DNA from: Phocaeicola sp.
GTDB taxonomy: Bacteria > Bacteroidota > Bacteroidia > Bacteroidales > Bacteroidaceae
DNA: 64,000 nucleotides
Assembly (NCBI GenBank): GCA_022764505.1
Contig: JALEQJ010000024.1
Span: 2,287 to 66,286, forward strand
Reading direction: 5' to 3'
A program made the position numbers and the translations under genes. Position 1 is the stretch's first letter, and each line of letters starts with the position of its first letter. Below are positions 29,911-40,741 of the stretch, one piece after another. Below the pieces are notes generated by a model. It was not told where the DNA came from and did not search any database. It saw only the letters and a list, made by a program, of their open reading frames with translations.

Positions 29911-30498
29911 ATGAAAAAAAATCCCCGATTGATATTGGCAAGTAACTCACCCAGACGTAAAGAACTTTTAGCGTCTTTGGGATATGAGTTTACAGTACGT
30001 ACCATTCAAGGTATAGATGAGAGTTTCCCTACGGAGCTGAAAGGTACAGAAGTGGCAGCTTATATAGCCCATCAGAAAGCACGTGCCTATGAACAAGTTT
30101 TAGTAGAAAATGAAATTATCATTACCGCAGATACGGTGGTCTGCTTAGGAGATGAAGTCTTGGGAAAGCCCAAAGATGCTACAGAGGCTGTACGTATGCT
30201 TACTGCACTTTCCGGCAAAGAGCATAAGGTGCATACTGCCGTGTGCATTCTTTCTTTGGGCAAGCGTATAGAATTTGTGAGTAGTAGTACCGTAAGGTTT
30301 AAGTCTTTGTCTACAGAAGAAATACAGTATTACGTAGAGCATTACCTGCCCTTAGATAAGGCAGGGGCATACGGCATACAAGAATGGATAGGGCATATTG
30401 CCGTAGAGCATATAAGTGGGTCTTATTTCAATATTATGGGGTTACCTACACACGATTTGTACGAGCATTTATCCGATATGGGTATTCTTCCGTATTGA
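29911..30498 (+). CDS. maf: Maf family nucleotide pyrophosphatase
   Basis: LILASNSPRRKELL, ADTVV, GKP and DKAGAYGIQ motifs. Confidence 0.95.
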   Translation: MKKNPRLILASNSPRRKELLASLGYEFTVRTIQGIDESFPTELKGTEVAAYIAHQKARAYEQVLVENEIIITADTVVCLGDEVLGKPKDATEAVRMLTALSGKEHKVHTAVCILSLGKRIEFVSSSTVRFKSLSTEEIQYYVEHYLPLDKAGAYGIQEWIGHIAVEHISGSYFNIMGLPTHDLYEHLSDMGILPY

Positions 30499-30540
30499 TA
30501 AAGTGTTTCTCTGAATTTTCTATAGCTTACTGTAAACTAA

Positions 30541-30620
30541 ACTTAGGTTTATATATTTCGTGATGGAAGTTTATATAAACCATAGTGGAGATTATGAAGA
30601 CTTCGGCATAAGTTTATAGT
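30541..30620 (+). repeat. Copy B of the 22-bp palindromic-unit intergenic repeat family
   Basis: GTTTATAT at 30547 and 30569 (22 apart); palindrome GTTTATATAAAC at 30569; 17-nt identity AGGTTTATATATTTCGT with copy C (40593). Confidence 0.8.
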
Positions 30621-30764
30621 TTCTGTTTTTCTATGGGAACTTTTAGACCACACGTTAAATAAACACAAGAAGACGCTTTTTGATAGGTGTAGTAAGATAG
30701 GAAGCAGAATAATGCCTACCTTTGCATAGGTTATTTAATCACTCATTATAAAATACAGATAAAC

Positions 30765-31769
30765 ATGATTAATTACAAAGAAATCGGCTTGGTAAACACA
30801 CGAGAAATGTTTGCGAGAGCTATTAAAGGTGGATATGCTATTCCAGCTTTCAATTTCAACAACTTGGAACAGTTGCAGGCTATCGTAAAAGCAGCAGCAG
30901 AAACAAAATCTCCTGTAATCCTTCAAGTATCAAAAGGTGCACGTAATTATGCAAATCAAACTTTGCTTCGCTATATGGCAGAAGGTGCAGTGGCTTATGC
31001 AAAAGAATTAGGCTGCGAACACCCTGAAATCGTTCTTCACTTGGATCACGGAGATTCTTTTGAACTCTGTAAATCTTGTATAGATATGGGTTTCTCTTCT
31101 GTGATGATAGATGGTTCTCATCTTCCTTACGAAGAAAACATTGCACTTACAAAGAAGGTGGTAGAATATGCACATCAGTTTGATGTAACAGTAGAAGGTG
31201 AGCTTGGTATTTTAGCAGGTGTAGAAGACGAAGTTTGTGCAGAACATCATACTTATACAAATCCGGAAGAAGTGATAGATTTCGCTACACGTACAGGTTG
31301 CGACTCTTTGGCTATTTCTATCGGTACTTCTCATGGTGCTTACAAGTTCAAACCGGAACAATGCCATGTAGATCCGGCTACAGGTCGTTTAGTTCCTCCT
31401 CCATTGGCATTCGAAGTATTGGACGCTGTAATGGAAAAACTCCCGGGATTCCCTATCGTATTGCACGGAGCTTCTTCTGTTCCACAAGAAGAAGTAGAAA
31501 CTATCAATCAGTTTGGCGGTAAGTTGGAAGCGGCTATAGGTATTCCGGAAGATGAATTGCGTAAGGCTGCAAAATCTGCAGTTTGCAAAATCAACATAGA
31601 CTCAGACTCACGTTTGGCTATGACAGCAGGTATCCGCAAAGTTTTTGCAGAATCTCCGGCAGAATTTGACCCACGTAAGTATTTGGGTCCTGCAAGAGAC
31701 CGTATGCAAGCTGTTTATAAGAACAAAATTATAAACGTTTTGGGATCAGATAATAAGTTGGCGAAGTAA
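30765..31769 (+). CDS. fba: Class II fructose-bisphosphate aldolase
   Basis: AIPAFN, LHLDHG, VMIDGS, VEGELG, GTSHGAYK and KINIDSD motifs; -7 box TACCTTTG at 30717. Confidence 0.97.
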   Translation: MINYKEIGLVNTREMFARAIKGGYAIPAFNFNNLEQLQAIVKAAAETKSPVILQVSKGARNYANQTLLRYMAEGAVAYAKELGCEHPEIVLHLDHGDSFELCKSCIDMGFSSVMIDGSHLPYEENIALTKKVVEYAHQFDVTVEGELGILAGVEDEVCAEHHTYTNPEEVIDFATRTGCDSLAISIGTSHGAYKFKPEQCHVDPATGRLVPPPLAFEVLDAVMEKLPGFPIVLHGASSVPQEEVETINQFGGKLEAAIGIPEDELRKAAKSAVCKINIDSDSRLAMTAGIRKVFAESPAEFDPRKYLGPARDRMQAVYKNKIINVLGSDNKLAK

Positions 31770-31792
31770 GCTATATACACTTATTGATAAAT

Positions 31793-31829
31793 AAAATGCT
31801 CCTCAAAGTAAGTTTTGAGGAGCATTTTT
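31793..31829. terminator. Bidirectional terminator between fba and the DUF1460 gene
   Basis: AAAATGCTCCTCAAA...TTTGAGGAGCATTTT perfect 15-bp stem. Confidence 0.88.
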
Positions 31830-31841
31830 ATTTTGTAGAAA

Positions 31842-32654
31842 TTAGCGCAATGTGATGATTCTGATACCTATTACGTCCTTTCTTCTTGAAGTGTACTCAT
31901 AAAGCGAGAGAGGGTCTATCAGCACCTTTTTATGTCGTTGTGAGGCATGGAGTAGGTGAGGTTTACCATTTTTGTAAATGATGAAGCCAATGTGTACAGT
32001 ATCTAAATCACTTTTGTTGGAAACAAAAGCTACTATACTTCCTTCGGGTAGTAATGTTTCTATTTCCGGACGTTGTAGCCACTCTTTCGGGATATATGGA
32101 TAGTGATAATTCTGATACGCAGTTTCGGCTTCACGGATAGCCTTTTTCATCTCCGGACTGTCCTTGAGTGCAGGGTATAGATGAGCATTACGGCTCATAA
32201 ATTGTAGGCTTTGAGTACGAATTTTGTGAGGAAAGAGAGACGTGATTTCTTTCAGTATTTGTTTACTGCTATTTTCCTCTATCCACATACTGATATAGTG
32301 TAGGCGAGAGGCATACCCTTTTATATCTCCATCTTTGTAACGTATCTGCTGGAGCTTTTCTTTGAAAGAAGTATAAGTACTATCTGCCAGAGCCAAAGCT
32401 AATGCTTGTTCTACAAAGGTGGTACAATCTACAGCACCACTACAAATAACCAATTCCTCAGTCTTCTTTCCCTCCAATGTTCCTGCTTGATAAGGGGTAT
32501 CTATAAATTTTTTTGAGAAGAATGATAATCTTTCAGCCCTTGTTGTCCCTACAGTGTCTATTTTCAGAAGCCGAGAAATCCGAATGCTGTCTTCCGTCTG
32601 TGCCAATGTGAGTAAAGGGAAAAAGCAGGCAAGTAAGAAAAACTTATGGTTCAT
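31842..32654 (-). CDS. DUF1460 / NlpC-like amidase domain protein
   Basis: DTPY.AGTLE, VDCTTFVE, IRY..G.I.GY.SRLHY, LD..HIG and LHAS motifs. Confidence 0.85.
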   Translation of the reverse strand: MNHKFFLLACFFPLLTLAQTEDSIRISRLLKIDTVGTTRAERLSFFSKKFIDTPYQAGTLEGKKTEELVICSGAVDCTTFVEQALALALADSTYTSFKEKLQQIRYKDGDIKGYASRLHYISMWIEENSSKQILKEITSLFPHKIRTQSLQFMSRNAHLYPALKDSPEMKKAIREAETAYQNYHYPYIPKEWLQRPEIETLLPEGSIVAFVSNKSDLDTVHIGFIIYKNGKPHLLHASQRHKKVLIDPLSLYEYTSRRKDVIGIRIITLR

Positions 32655-33276
32655 GATCTATTTGTGGAAGTATAGGAAGTGTGATATTATATTTTACAGT
32701 GGCTATACGTAGAAGCACTACAAAAGTTCCAGCCAAAATTTGTGCAATGTAAACCGGCAAATATATTTCCAAGCAACCCCAATAAACAAATCCGCCCGCC
32801 ACACATGCCATAGCATAAATTTCTTTTTGGAAAATCATAGGTGTCTTGTTCAATAGAAGATCTCTGATAACTCCTCCTCCTGCTCCTGTAATAGCACCCA
32901 TAATGATAGCTACCCAAGTAGACATTCCTAAAGAAATCGCCTTGTCAAAACCTACTACTGTGAACAGACCTAAGCCAATACTGTCCAAAATAAAAATGGT
33001 GTAGTTAAATTGTAGTAGATATTTGGCATATCTTAAAACGAAAGCCATAGCCAGTATAATCCAAATGATATACACCGGGTTACTCATCCAAGCCGGTGTT
33101 ACATTGAGCAGTATATCTCGCAGTGTGCCGCCTCCTATAGCAGTAGCTGCGCCTGCTATGAGTGCTCCGAACCAATCGTAGCGTCTATTGGCAGCCAATC
33201 TTACTCCACTTGTAGCAAATGCAAATGTCCCCAAGAAGTCTAAAACCTCCACAAAAGAGGGAAACTCTATATTCAT
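32644..33276 (-). CDS. Trimeric intracellular cation channel (YadS/UPF0126) family protein
   Basis: GTFAFA.SG, TAIGGGTLRD.LL and GAGGGVIRDLL motifs. Confidence 0.9.
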   Translation of the reverse strand: MNIEFPSFVEVLDFLGTFAFATSGVRLAANRRYDWFGALIAGAATAIGGGTLRDILLNVTPAWMSNPVYIIWIILAMAFVLRYAKYLLQFNYTIFILDSIGLGLFTVVGFDKAISLGMSTWVAIIMGAITGAGGGVIRDLLLNKTPMIFQKEIYAMACVAGGFVYWGCLEIYLPVYIAQILAGTFVVLLRIATVKYNITLPILPQIDHEP

Positions 33277-33292
33277 AAATTTGTATGTAGTA

Positions 33293-34690
33293 TTACCAAA
33301 CGTAGTTGAGGCCGAAACTTAGCAATTCTTGATATTGCAAGAAGCCGTGTTTGCCTTTTTTAGAAACACCATCGTCTAAGCGTGCTAAGACAAAGAGTTT
33401 CGTAGATAGATATTTATTGAAGGCAAAGCTGAAAGTATTTTCCCATTCTCCTATTGCCTTGGCGTAGTTGGTCGTGTAAGATAACCGAGACTCCCATAGA
33501 AGCGAGTGCATAAGTTTCCATTTGAGTACCACTTCCGCTCTTGAACCTATTACAGTACCTATTTTCTTTCCTACAGGTATATTGAATTTTGTAGGGTCTA
33601 CTTTGTTACTCATAATAGAATAAACGGTATAGTTGATAGGATTAAAGAGTACAGAAAGGTTACAAACCTTATCTTTTACATACTTGTAATCCAAACCAAG
33701 CCCTACGTTGAACTCTGTGGGAGAGAAAGCAGAGGATAATAGGTTATTGGAATTTTTTGCATAATTGGAAAAGAGTTGTGTCTTAACTTCTGCGGATAGT
33801 GTGTAGTAGAAGTTATTAAATGCTCTATACCCCAATTTTGAAGCAAAGCGCAGTACGTCGTGGTTTACATTGTATTTATGTAATGTATCCGATGGGCTTG
33901 TACTGATACCCAATCTCCACTCTAAGACATTGTCCCATTGTGTTTTTTGTTGGTCGTCGTAGTTAAATTGCAGTACAAATCCAGCCAAAAGTGCCAATGT
34001 GCTTTCTCCTCCTTTATACCAGTTGTCCGATAGATTTGTTTGCGTGAACTGTAAGAACCCATTGCCTGTTTTTCTCCAGAAGTTGGGCTTTAAGACGATG
34101 AGGTCTGTTTCGTAAGTTTCGGCTTCGGGTGTAGGCTGTAGGAACGAGAGTATTTCTTCATTTTTTGCGTCTATTTTCTTGCTTACTATTTGAGGGATAG
34201 ACTTCTGTTCAGAAATATACTCTTCATTGTTGCGTACTAATTGTGGATAGTCTAAGTAGAACTTTAAGAATGATTTATTGAGCCAACGATCTACTGTCTT
34301 ATGTTTTTCCAAATTGGGAACTTGCTTGAATGGAGCATAAGGATCTTTTTCTGCTATGGCAGGAGCCGGTTCCCAATCATTTAGTGTGAAAGATTGGCGA
34401 AAAGCATCTTTGTAATACGTCATAGGAACCACGAGTTTATAGTATTCGGAAGGAATAAACAAATCGTCCAATAATAATTCAGGGTCTTCCCAATTTTGTA
34501 ATAGCTGGTCAAATCCTTTGCGCAGGAGCTTGAGCGTATCTACAAAGTTTATATCCGGATTATAGCCTATATTGTGAGCGGAAGTACTGTTTCTTTTTTG
34601 TATGGGCGTATGAGCTTGTGCCGTTACAGCAAAAAGTGTGCAGATAGTAAGCAAGAAAACCTTTCTTGATAATGTATTGTACGTCTTCAT
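33293..34690 (-). CDS. DUF3078 domain outer membrane protein
   Basis: Signal peptide; LQFTQ...SDNWYKGGES motif; beta-strand C-terminus FGLNYVW. Confidence 0.85.
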   Translation of the reverse strand: MKTYNTLSRKVFLLTICTLFAVTAQAHTPIQKRNSTSAHNIGYNPDINFVDTLKLLRKGFDQLLQNWEDPELLLDDLFIPSEYYKLVVPMTYYKDAFRQSFTLNDWEPAPAIAEKDPYAPFKQVPNLEKHKTVDRWLNKSFLKFYLDYPQLVRNNEEYISEQKSIPQIVSKKIDAKNEEILSFLQPTPEAETYETDLIVLKPNFWRKTGNGFLQFTQTNLSDNWYKGGESTLALLAGFVLQFNYDDQQKTQWDNVLEWRLGISTSPSDTLHKYNVNHDVLRFASKLGYRAFNNFYYTLSAEVKTQLFSNYAKNSNNLLSSAFSPTEFNVGLGLDYKYVKDKVCNLSVLFNPINYTVYSIMSNKVDPTKFNIPVGKKIGTVIGSRAEVVLKWKLMHSLLWESRLSYTTNYAKAIGEWENTFSFAFNKYLSTKLFVLARLDDGVSKKGKHGFLQYQELLSFGLNYVW

Positions 34691-34742
34691 CTTGTAATCT
34701 ATCTTATCTCGTTTAATACCATTTAGAATGGTGCAAAAATAA

Positions 34743-34780
34743 TATATCTATGGCAGAAATAGAAATCTGCCATAGATATA
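34743..34780 (-). terminator. Hairpin after lysC abutting the DUF3078 promoter
   Basis: Perfect 15-bp stem TATATCTATGGCAGA/TCTGCCATAGATATA followed on the minus strand by TTATTTTTG. Confidence 0.7.
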
Positions 34781-34808
34781 CGTGCTATGATAAAAAGTAG
34801 TCTGCGAC

Positions 34809-36119
34809 TTAGAATAAGTGTGTATTTAATGCTTTGAGGGCTTTAGCCTTATCTTCTTCTCTGATGAGGAATGATATATTATAGTTGCTGCCACCATAGG
34901 AAATCATACGGATAGGTATATCTTTCATAGCTTCTATAGCTTTGGCTTCAAATCCTAAGTTTTCCCATTCTAAATCTCCAACTACGCATATAATACACAT
35001 ATGTTCGTCTACAGTAACCGTACCATACTTTTTGAGGTCGTCTATGATGTCGTGCAGATACTTGGTATTGTCTATAGAAACGGAAACACCTACTTCGGAC
35101 GTACAAACCATATCTATAGAAGTCTGATAGCTCTCAAACGTTTCAAAGACTTTGCGTAGGAAACCATGCGCTAAAAGCATTCTTCCGGACTTTATCTTAA
35201 TAGCGGTGATGTTATCTTTTGCTGCGATGGCTTTGATTTTTTCTGCTTCGGACTCATTTGAAATAAGTGTTCCGGGTGCATCGGGTGCCATCGTGTTGAG
35301 GAGGCGCACAGGAATGTTTGCGTGTTTTGCCGGCTGGATACAGGTAGGGTGAAGTATCTTCGCTCCGAAGTAAGCCAGTTCTGCTGCTTCTTCAAAGTGC
35401 AGTTGGCGTATAGGAGTTGTATTTTCCACAATACGCGGGTCATTATTGTGCATACCATCTATATCTGTCCAAATCTGGATTTCCTCCGCATAGATAGCTG
35501 CTCCTATTAAGGAAGCTGTATAATCACTACCTCCTCTCTGCAGATTATCTATTTCTCCATAGGCATTTCTACAGATAAATCCTTGTGTAATGTAGATTTC
35601 ATAACCTTTGTGCTCTTCTAATAAAACTTGCAGGTTTTCACGGATTGCAGGTAGATCCGGTTCTCCGTGTTTGTCTGTTCTCATATATTCTAAAGAAGGG
35701 AGCAGGCATGCTTTTACGCCTATTTCGCAGAGATAGTTTGTTACCATATTGGTAGAGATAATTTCTCCTTGTGCCAATATGATTTTCTCTTCAAAGAGTG
35801 TAAACATCTCTTTGGTGAATGATCGTAGATAATCGAAAATAGATTTTACGAAAGCGTGTGTCTTGTTTTTATATACTTCTGTAGTATATAACTCTTCTAT
35901 ATGTTGCTTGTATTTCTTTTCCAGTACATTGATAAGTTCGTAAGCACCTTCGGGGTTTTTCTTGTATAGATAATCGCAAATTTCTACCAAGGTGTTTGTA
36001 GTACCGGACATAGCAGAAAGCACTACTATTTTTTGTTCTCCATCTACGATGAGTTTGGTAACTTCACGCATACGTGCTGCAGAGCCTACAGATGTGCCCC
36101 CAAATTTCAATACTTTCAT
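34809..36119 (-). CDS. lysC: Aspartate kinase
   Basis: MKVLKFGGTSVG, RGGSDYTA, WTDIDG..N.DPR and EAAELAYFGAKILHP motifs; ACT domains. Confidence 0.95.
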   Translation of the reverse strand: MKVLKFGGTSVGSAARMREVTKLIVDGEQKIVVLSAMSGTTNTLVEICDYLYKKNPEGAYELINVLEKKYKQHIEELYTTEVYKNKTHAFVKSIFDYLRSFTKEMFTLFEEKIILAQGEIISTNMVTNYLCEIGVKACLLPSLEYMRTDKHGEPDLPAIRENLQVLLEEHKGYEIYITQGFICRNAYGEIDNLQRGGSDYTASLIGAAIYAEEIQIWTDIDGMHNNDPRIVENTTPIRQLHFEEAAELAYFGAKILHPTCIQPAKHANIPVRLLNTMAPDAPGTLISNESEAEKIKAIAAKDNITAIKIKSGRMLLAHGFLRKVFETFESYQTSIDMVCTSEVGVSVSIDNTKYLHDIIDDLKKYGTVTVDEHMCIICVVGDLEWENLGFEAKAIEAMKDIPIRMISYGGSNYNISFLIREEDKAKALKALNTHLF

Positions 36120-36152
36120 TGCTTTTTATTCTTTGTATAGTGTATTATTGGA

Positions 36153-36833
36153 TTAAAATTCTGATGTGCGTTCCAGTTTCTTTTCTTCGCATCTATATAC
36201 TTTTCCCGGATACTCGTGTAGTAGCTGCAGATTGTGAGTAGTCATAATGATAGCAGAGCCTTGTTTACAAATATCTCTTAGTAACTCTACTATTTTTCTT
36301 CCTGTTTCTATATCTAAGTTTCCTGTAGGCTCATCTGCCAAGATGATTTCCGGTTTGTTCAGTATGGCACGTGCTATCACTACACGTTGCTGCTCACCTC
36401 CGGAAAGCTCAAATGGAAATTTCTTTCTTTTTTCGGACATACCTACTTGTTCCAAAACTTCTTCTATGCGTTTACTGATCTCTGTTTGAGATTTCCAACC
36501 GGTGGCACGTAAGACAAAACGTAGATTTTCTTCTACATTTCTGTCTGTAAGTAATTGGAAGTCTTGGAATACGATACCTATTCTTCTGCGGAGTAAAGGC
36601 AAGTCTTTCTTCCGAAGGTGTGATAAGTTATAGTGGAAGACTTGGGCATTTCCTGTCTTTATTTTGATTTCTCCATAAATGGTTTTTAAGAAAGAAGATT
36701 TGCCTGTGCCTACGCGACCTATTAGGTAAACAAAGTCTTCTTTTCTTAGTTCAAAATTCACGTCTTTGAGTACCTCGTGATTAGTATTGGATATATCTAC
36801 GGCTTTATATGATATGAGTACTTCTTGATCCAT
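36153..36833 (-). CDS. ftsE: FtsE-like ABC ATP-binding protein
   Basis: GRVGTGKS, LRRRIG.VFQDFQLL, LSGGEQQRV.IARA and ADEPTGNLD motifs; start set at ATG 36833. Confidence 0.8.
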   Translation of the reverse strand: MDQEVLISYKAVDISNTNHEVLKDVNFELRKEDFVYLIGRVGTGKSSFLKTIYGEIKIKTGNAQVFHYNLSHLRKKDLPLLRRRIGIVFQDFQLLTDRNVEENLRFVLRATGWKSQTEISKRIEEVLEQVGMSEKRKKFPFELSGGEQQRVVIARAILNKPEIILADEPTGNLDIETGRKIVELLRDICKQGSAIIMTTHNLQLLHEYPGKVYRCEEKKLERTSEF

Positions 36834-37220
36834 TTTTATACGGAGTAATTTTAGTCTGTAATGAAGACAAAAATAAGGCTTTATTATAGAATAAGAAATA
36901 GAGGGAGTACAGTTTTTGTTCGTTGGAGAAGCAATGAGAGTATTTAACAAGTCTTGAGAAAAAGAAAAACGACGCTTTTCTCAAAGCATCGTTTTTATAA
37001 TTAAATAGGTATTAGTGTTTTCTTAAGGTAATAAGATCGTTTTCAGGATAATGTTACAAAGATGTGCCCTTTTTCTTTAATTAACAATGGTTTGTTCTTT
37101 TTTCTTCTCATAAAAATGCTACAATCTTGTTTTTGAGCCTATTTCTCGGACGTTATTTTGCAGTTTGTATTTGTTTTGGCTACTTGAAATCGTATTTTTG
37201 CAAGGTTAAATAAAGAAATT

Positions 37221-38264
37221 ATGTTGTCTGCAATTATAGAAAAAGAGAATATAGAGACTGTAGAAAAATTGTTTTCTGCATCAGAGAAAATAGTTATCGT
37301 TACGCACGTATCTCCGGACGGAGATGCTTTAGGCTCTTCTTTGGGCTTGTATCATTATTTGGTAGGCAGAGGAAAAAAAGTACAAATCATTGTCCCCAAT
37401 GCCTATCCTGATTTCTTAAACTGGCTACCCGGCGTGAAAACAATTTATCGTTATGATAAGAAAGAAAAGGAAGCAAAGGAGGCTATATCCGAAGCAGACC
37501 TTATCTGTTGTTTGGATTTCAATACTCTATCTCGCATCAATGAATTGGCAGAACCTGTAAGAGGGGCTACGTGTAAGAAAATTATGATAGATCACCATTT
37601 AGATCCGGAGCCATTTTGCGATGTTACCATTTCTCACCCGCCTATTTCTTCTACATCGGAGTTAGTGTTTCGGCTTATCTATAGATTAGGAGGTTATGAG
37701 GAGCTTTCTTTCCAAGCAGCAGAATGTATTTATACCGGAATGATGACAGATACGGGAGGCTTTACCTATAGTTCTAATCAGCCGGAAATCTATACGGTCA
37801 TATCTGCGCTTTTGGCAAAGGGTATAGACAAAGATGTCATTTACAGAAGAGTTTTTTATACTTACTCGGAAAATCGTCTTAGACTGATGGGGTATGTACT
37901 CTACGAGAAAATGCAAGTCTATCCGTCATTTCGTTCAGCACTGATTTGTTTATCTCGTGAAGAACAGAAGAAATTTACCTTTAGTAAAGGAGATACAGAA
38001 GGATTTGTCAATCTTCCTTTGCAAATGAAAGGCATCAAATTTTCTGTTTTTTTTCGTGAAGATACAGAGCAGAATATGATCAAAATATCATTACGTTCTG
38101 TAGGTACATTCCCTTGCAATAAAGTAGCTTCCGAGTTCTTTGGTGGTGGAGGACACCTGAATGCTTCCGGAGGTGAGTTTTATGGTAAAATGGAAGATGC
38201 AGTGCTGCTTTTCAAGCAAGCATTGATAAAATACGAGTCGCTTTTGCAGATAGAAGAGAACTAA
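37221..38264 (+). CDS. DHH/DHHA1 phosphoesterase (NrnA-like)
   Basis: HVSPDGDA.GS, IDHH, TDTG.F and GGGH.NASG motifs; -7 box at 37193. Confidence 0.92.
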   Translation: MLSAIIEKENIETVEKLFSASEKIVIVTHVSPDGDALGSSLGLYHYLVGRGKKVQIIVPNAYPDFLNWLPGVKTIYRYDKKEKEAKEAISEADLICCLDFNTLSRINELAEPVRGATCKKIMIDHHLDPEPFCDVTISHPPISSTSELVFRLIYRLGGYEELSFQAAECIYTGMMTDTGGFTYSSNQPEIYTVISALLAKGIDKDVIYRRVFYTYSENRLRLMGYVLYEKMQVYPSFRSALICLSREEQKKFTFSKGDTEGFVNLPLQMKGIKFSVFFREDTEQNMIKISLRSVGTFPCNKVASEFFGGGGHLNASGGEFYGKMEDAVLLFKQALIKYESLLQIEEN

Positions 38265-38331
38265 GCTGTAGAAGAAACACTTGTTTATCCATCTGATTTC
38301 TGTACTTTTGTTCCCACAAAAAAGATTAAAA

Positions 38332-39036
38332 ATGAAGAGAATATTTAGAACCGTAAGTAGCACTTTGCTGATGTTACTTTTTTTAGGTATAGCTACTCAA
38401 AGCTGTAAAAGCGATAAGACTTATGCAGAGCAAAAAGAAGAAGAAGCAGCGGCTATCAAATCATTTATGAAGGCTCGTAATTTCAAAGAAATATCCGAAG
38501 AACAATTTGAGAAACAAAACTATACTACGGCAGCCAATGAATATGTTTTCTTGAAAAAAACGGGTGTCTATATGAATGTTATGAATGCAGGTGAAGCAGA
38601 AAAAGTACTCCCCAATGGCACTTATCAAGTCTTGTTCCGTTTCGTAGAAATTATGGTACAGAATAGAAAGGAAGATATGGGAAAACAGGCAGGAGATACT
38701 ATTGTCTATAATATGCACAAGTATGAAAACCCCTCCTTGTTGAGCTTACCTGATGAGGCACAAGTAACAATCTCCAATACTACGATATCCGGTACATTTA
38801 CAGGATTGGCATTATTGGCGCAAACACATCGTGGAGACAATAGAAATAACACTTATAGCTCTGCTGTTCCTACGGGCTGGCTCATACCATTGCGTTATAT
38901 CAAACCTTCTCGTACAGACAGTGCAGAAAAGATAGCACGTGTGCGTCTCATTGTTCCTCACGCAGAAGGACATTTTTCCGCTACAGAAAATGTTTGTCCT
39001 TATTTTTATGAACTTACTTACAATTTAGGAAGATAA
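38332..39036 (+). CDS. DUF4827-like lipoprotein
   Basis: Lipobox TQSC, TYAEQK..E..AI, VPTGWLIPL.YI and VRLIVPH..GH motifs; conserved nrnA-X-glmM synteny. Confidence 0.8.
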   Translation: MKRIFRTVSSTLLMLLFLGIATQSCKSDKTYAEQKEEEAAAIKSFMKARNFKEISEEQFEKQNYTTAANEYVFLKKTGVYMNVMNAGEAEKVLPNGTYQVLFRFVEIMVQNRKEDMGKQAGDTIVYNMHKYENPSLLSLPDEAQVTISNTTISGTFTGLALLAQTHRGDNRNNTYSSAVPTGWLIPLRYIKPSRTDSAEKIARVRLIVPHAEGHFSATENVCPYFYELTYNLGR

Positions 39037-39048
39037 TAATTATAGATC

Positions 39049-40434
39049 ATGGCACTAATCAAATCTATTTCAGGCATACGTGGTACGATAGGTGGAGGCG
39101 TAGGAGAAGGATTAAATCCTTTGGATATTGTAAAGTTTACTTCGGCTTACGCAACATTGATACGGAAAACTACACAGCAGAAAAGTAATAAAATAGTAGT
39201 AGGTAGAGATGCCCGTATCTCTGGAGAAATGGTAAAAAATATAGTCTGTGGCACACTCATGGGAATGGGTTTCGATGTTGTAAACATAGGATTGGCTACG
39301 ACACCTACTACAGAATTGGCGGTAACTATGGAAGAGGCGTGTGGAGGTATTATTCTTACAGCCAGCCATAATCCACGCCAATGGAATGCTCTGAAACTGC
39401 TGAATGAAAAAGGAGAGTTCCTCAATGCGGAAGAAGGTGCAGAAGTCTTGCGTATAGCAGAAGCAGAAGCTTTTTCTTATGCAGATGTAGAACACATAGG
39501 AAGTTATACAGAGGACTACACTTACGATGAAAAGCATATACAGCACGTATTGGATTTGGAACTTGTAGATGTAGAAGCTATAAAGAAAGCCAATTTCCGT
39601 GTGGCTTTGGATTGTGTTAATTCCGTAGGTGGTATTGTATTGCCTAAGCTTTTGGAAAAATTGGGTGTACATCAAATGGAGAAACTATACTGCGAACCTA
39701 CAGGGGATTTTCAGCATGATCCGGAACCATTGGAAAAGAATCTTTCGGACATTATGGGACTTATGAAAAAAGGTGTGGCAGATGTGGCATTCGTAGTAGA
39801 TCCAGATGTAGATAGATTGGCTATGATATGCGAAGATGGTACTATGTATGGAGAAGAATATACCTTGGTTTCTGTAGCAGATTATGTATTGAAGCATACA
39901 CCTGGTAATACGGTATCCAATCTTAGTTCTACTCGTGCTCTACGTGATGTTACACAGAAATATGGAGCATCTTATAGTGCATCTGCCGTAGGAGAGGTAA
40001 ATGTGGTAACGCAGATGAAAGCTACTCATGCTGTCATAGGCGGAGAAGGAAATGGCGGTGTTATTTATCCTGCTTCCCACTATGGTAGAGATGCTTTAGT
40101 AGGTATCGCCTTGTTTTTATCTCATTTGGCACACGAAGGAAAGACGGTTTCCGAACTGAAAGCTACTTATCCTTTATATTATATGGCAAAGAATAAGATA
40201 GAGCTTACACCTACTACAGATGTAGATGCTATTCTGACTAAAGTAAAAGAACTCTACAAGAATGAGCAAATAAATGATATAGATGGTGTAAAAATAGACT
40301 TTGCAGACAAGTGGGTACACCTGAGAAAAAGCAATACAGAGCCTATCATACGTGTCTACTCTGAGGCTACTTCTCCGGAAGCCGCAGACACTATAGCACA
40401 ACAAATTATGCAAGTGATACATAGCTTGGCATAA
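39049..40434 (+). CDS. glmM: Phosphoglucosamine mutase / phosphohexomutase
   Basis: SISGIRG, TASHNP, DPD.DR, GGEGNGG and RKSNTEP.IR motifs. Confidence 0.9.
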   Translation: MALIKSISGIRGTIGGGVGEGLNPLDIVKFTSAYATLIRKTTQQKSNKIVVGRDARISGEMVKNIVCGTLMGMGFDVVNIGLATTPTTELAVTMEEACGGIILTASHNPRQWNALKLLNEKGEFLNAEEGAEVLRIAEAEAFSYADVEHIGSYTEDYTYDEKHIQHVLDLELVDVEAIKKANFRVALDCVNSVGGIVLPKLLEKLGVHQMEKLYCEPTGDFQHDPEPLEKNLSDIMGLMKKGVADVAFVVDPDVDRLAMICEDGTMYGEEYTLVSVADYVLKHTPGNTVSNLSSTRALRDVTQKYGASYSASAVGEVNVVTQMKATHAVIGGEGNGGVIYPASHYGRDALVGIALFLSHLAHEGKTVSELKATYPLYYMAKNKIELTPTTDVDAILTKVKELYKNEQINDIDGVKIDFADKWVHLRKSNTEPIIRVYSEATSPEAADTIAQQIMQVIHSLA

Positions 40435-40457
40435 CTCACACTCTATAAATTAAAAGG

Positions 40458-40493
40458 AAACGCTGTTTGATTTTAATCGGACAGCGTTTTTTT
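40458..40493 (+). terminator. Terminator after glmM
   Basis: AAACGCTGTTTGATT/AATCGGACAGCGTTT plus T-run. Confidence 0.8.
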
Positions 40494-40558
40494 GTTATGT
40501 ATATTAGCTGATTCTCCTATGGTGAGTGGGAAGATGCGTGAAGAGTGCAGGCAAGGTT

Positions 40559-40642
40559 TATCCCATACCGAAGTTTATGTAGATTTCCATTAAGGTTTAT
40601 ATATTTCGTACCGCAGTTTATATAGACTTCCAATATGAAATA
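40559..40642 (+). repeat. Copy C of the 22-bp palindromic-unit intergenic repeat family
   Basis: GTTTAT units at 40573, 40595 and 40616; starts TATCCCATACCGAAGTTTAT; ends TATGAAATA. Confidence 0.83.
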
Positions 40643-40741
40643 TAGAAAATTCCCTATAGATGAAGATGAGGAAAGAAAAACAAGTTCTTTTCTTGTTGCA
40701 GCATATTATCTTTGTGTACATAAAACCTTATTGAAGAATAT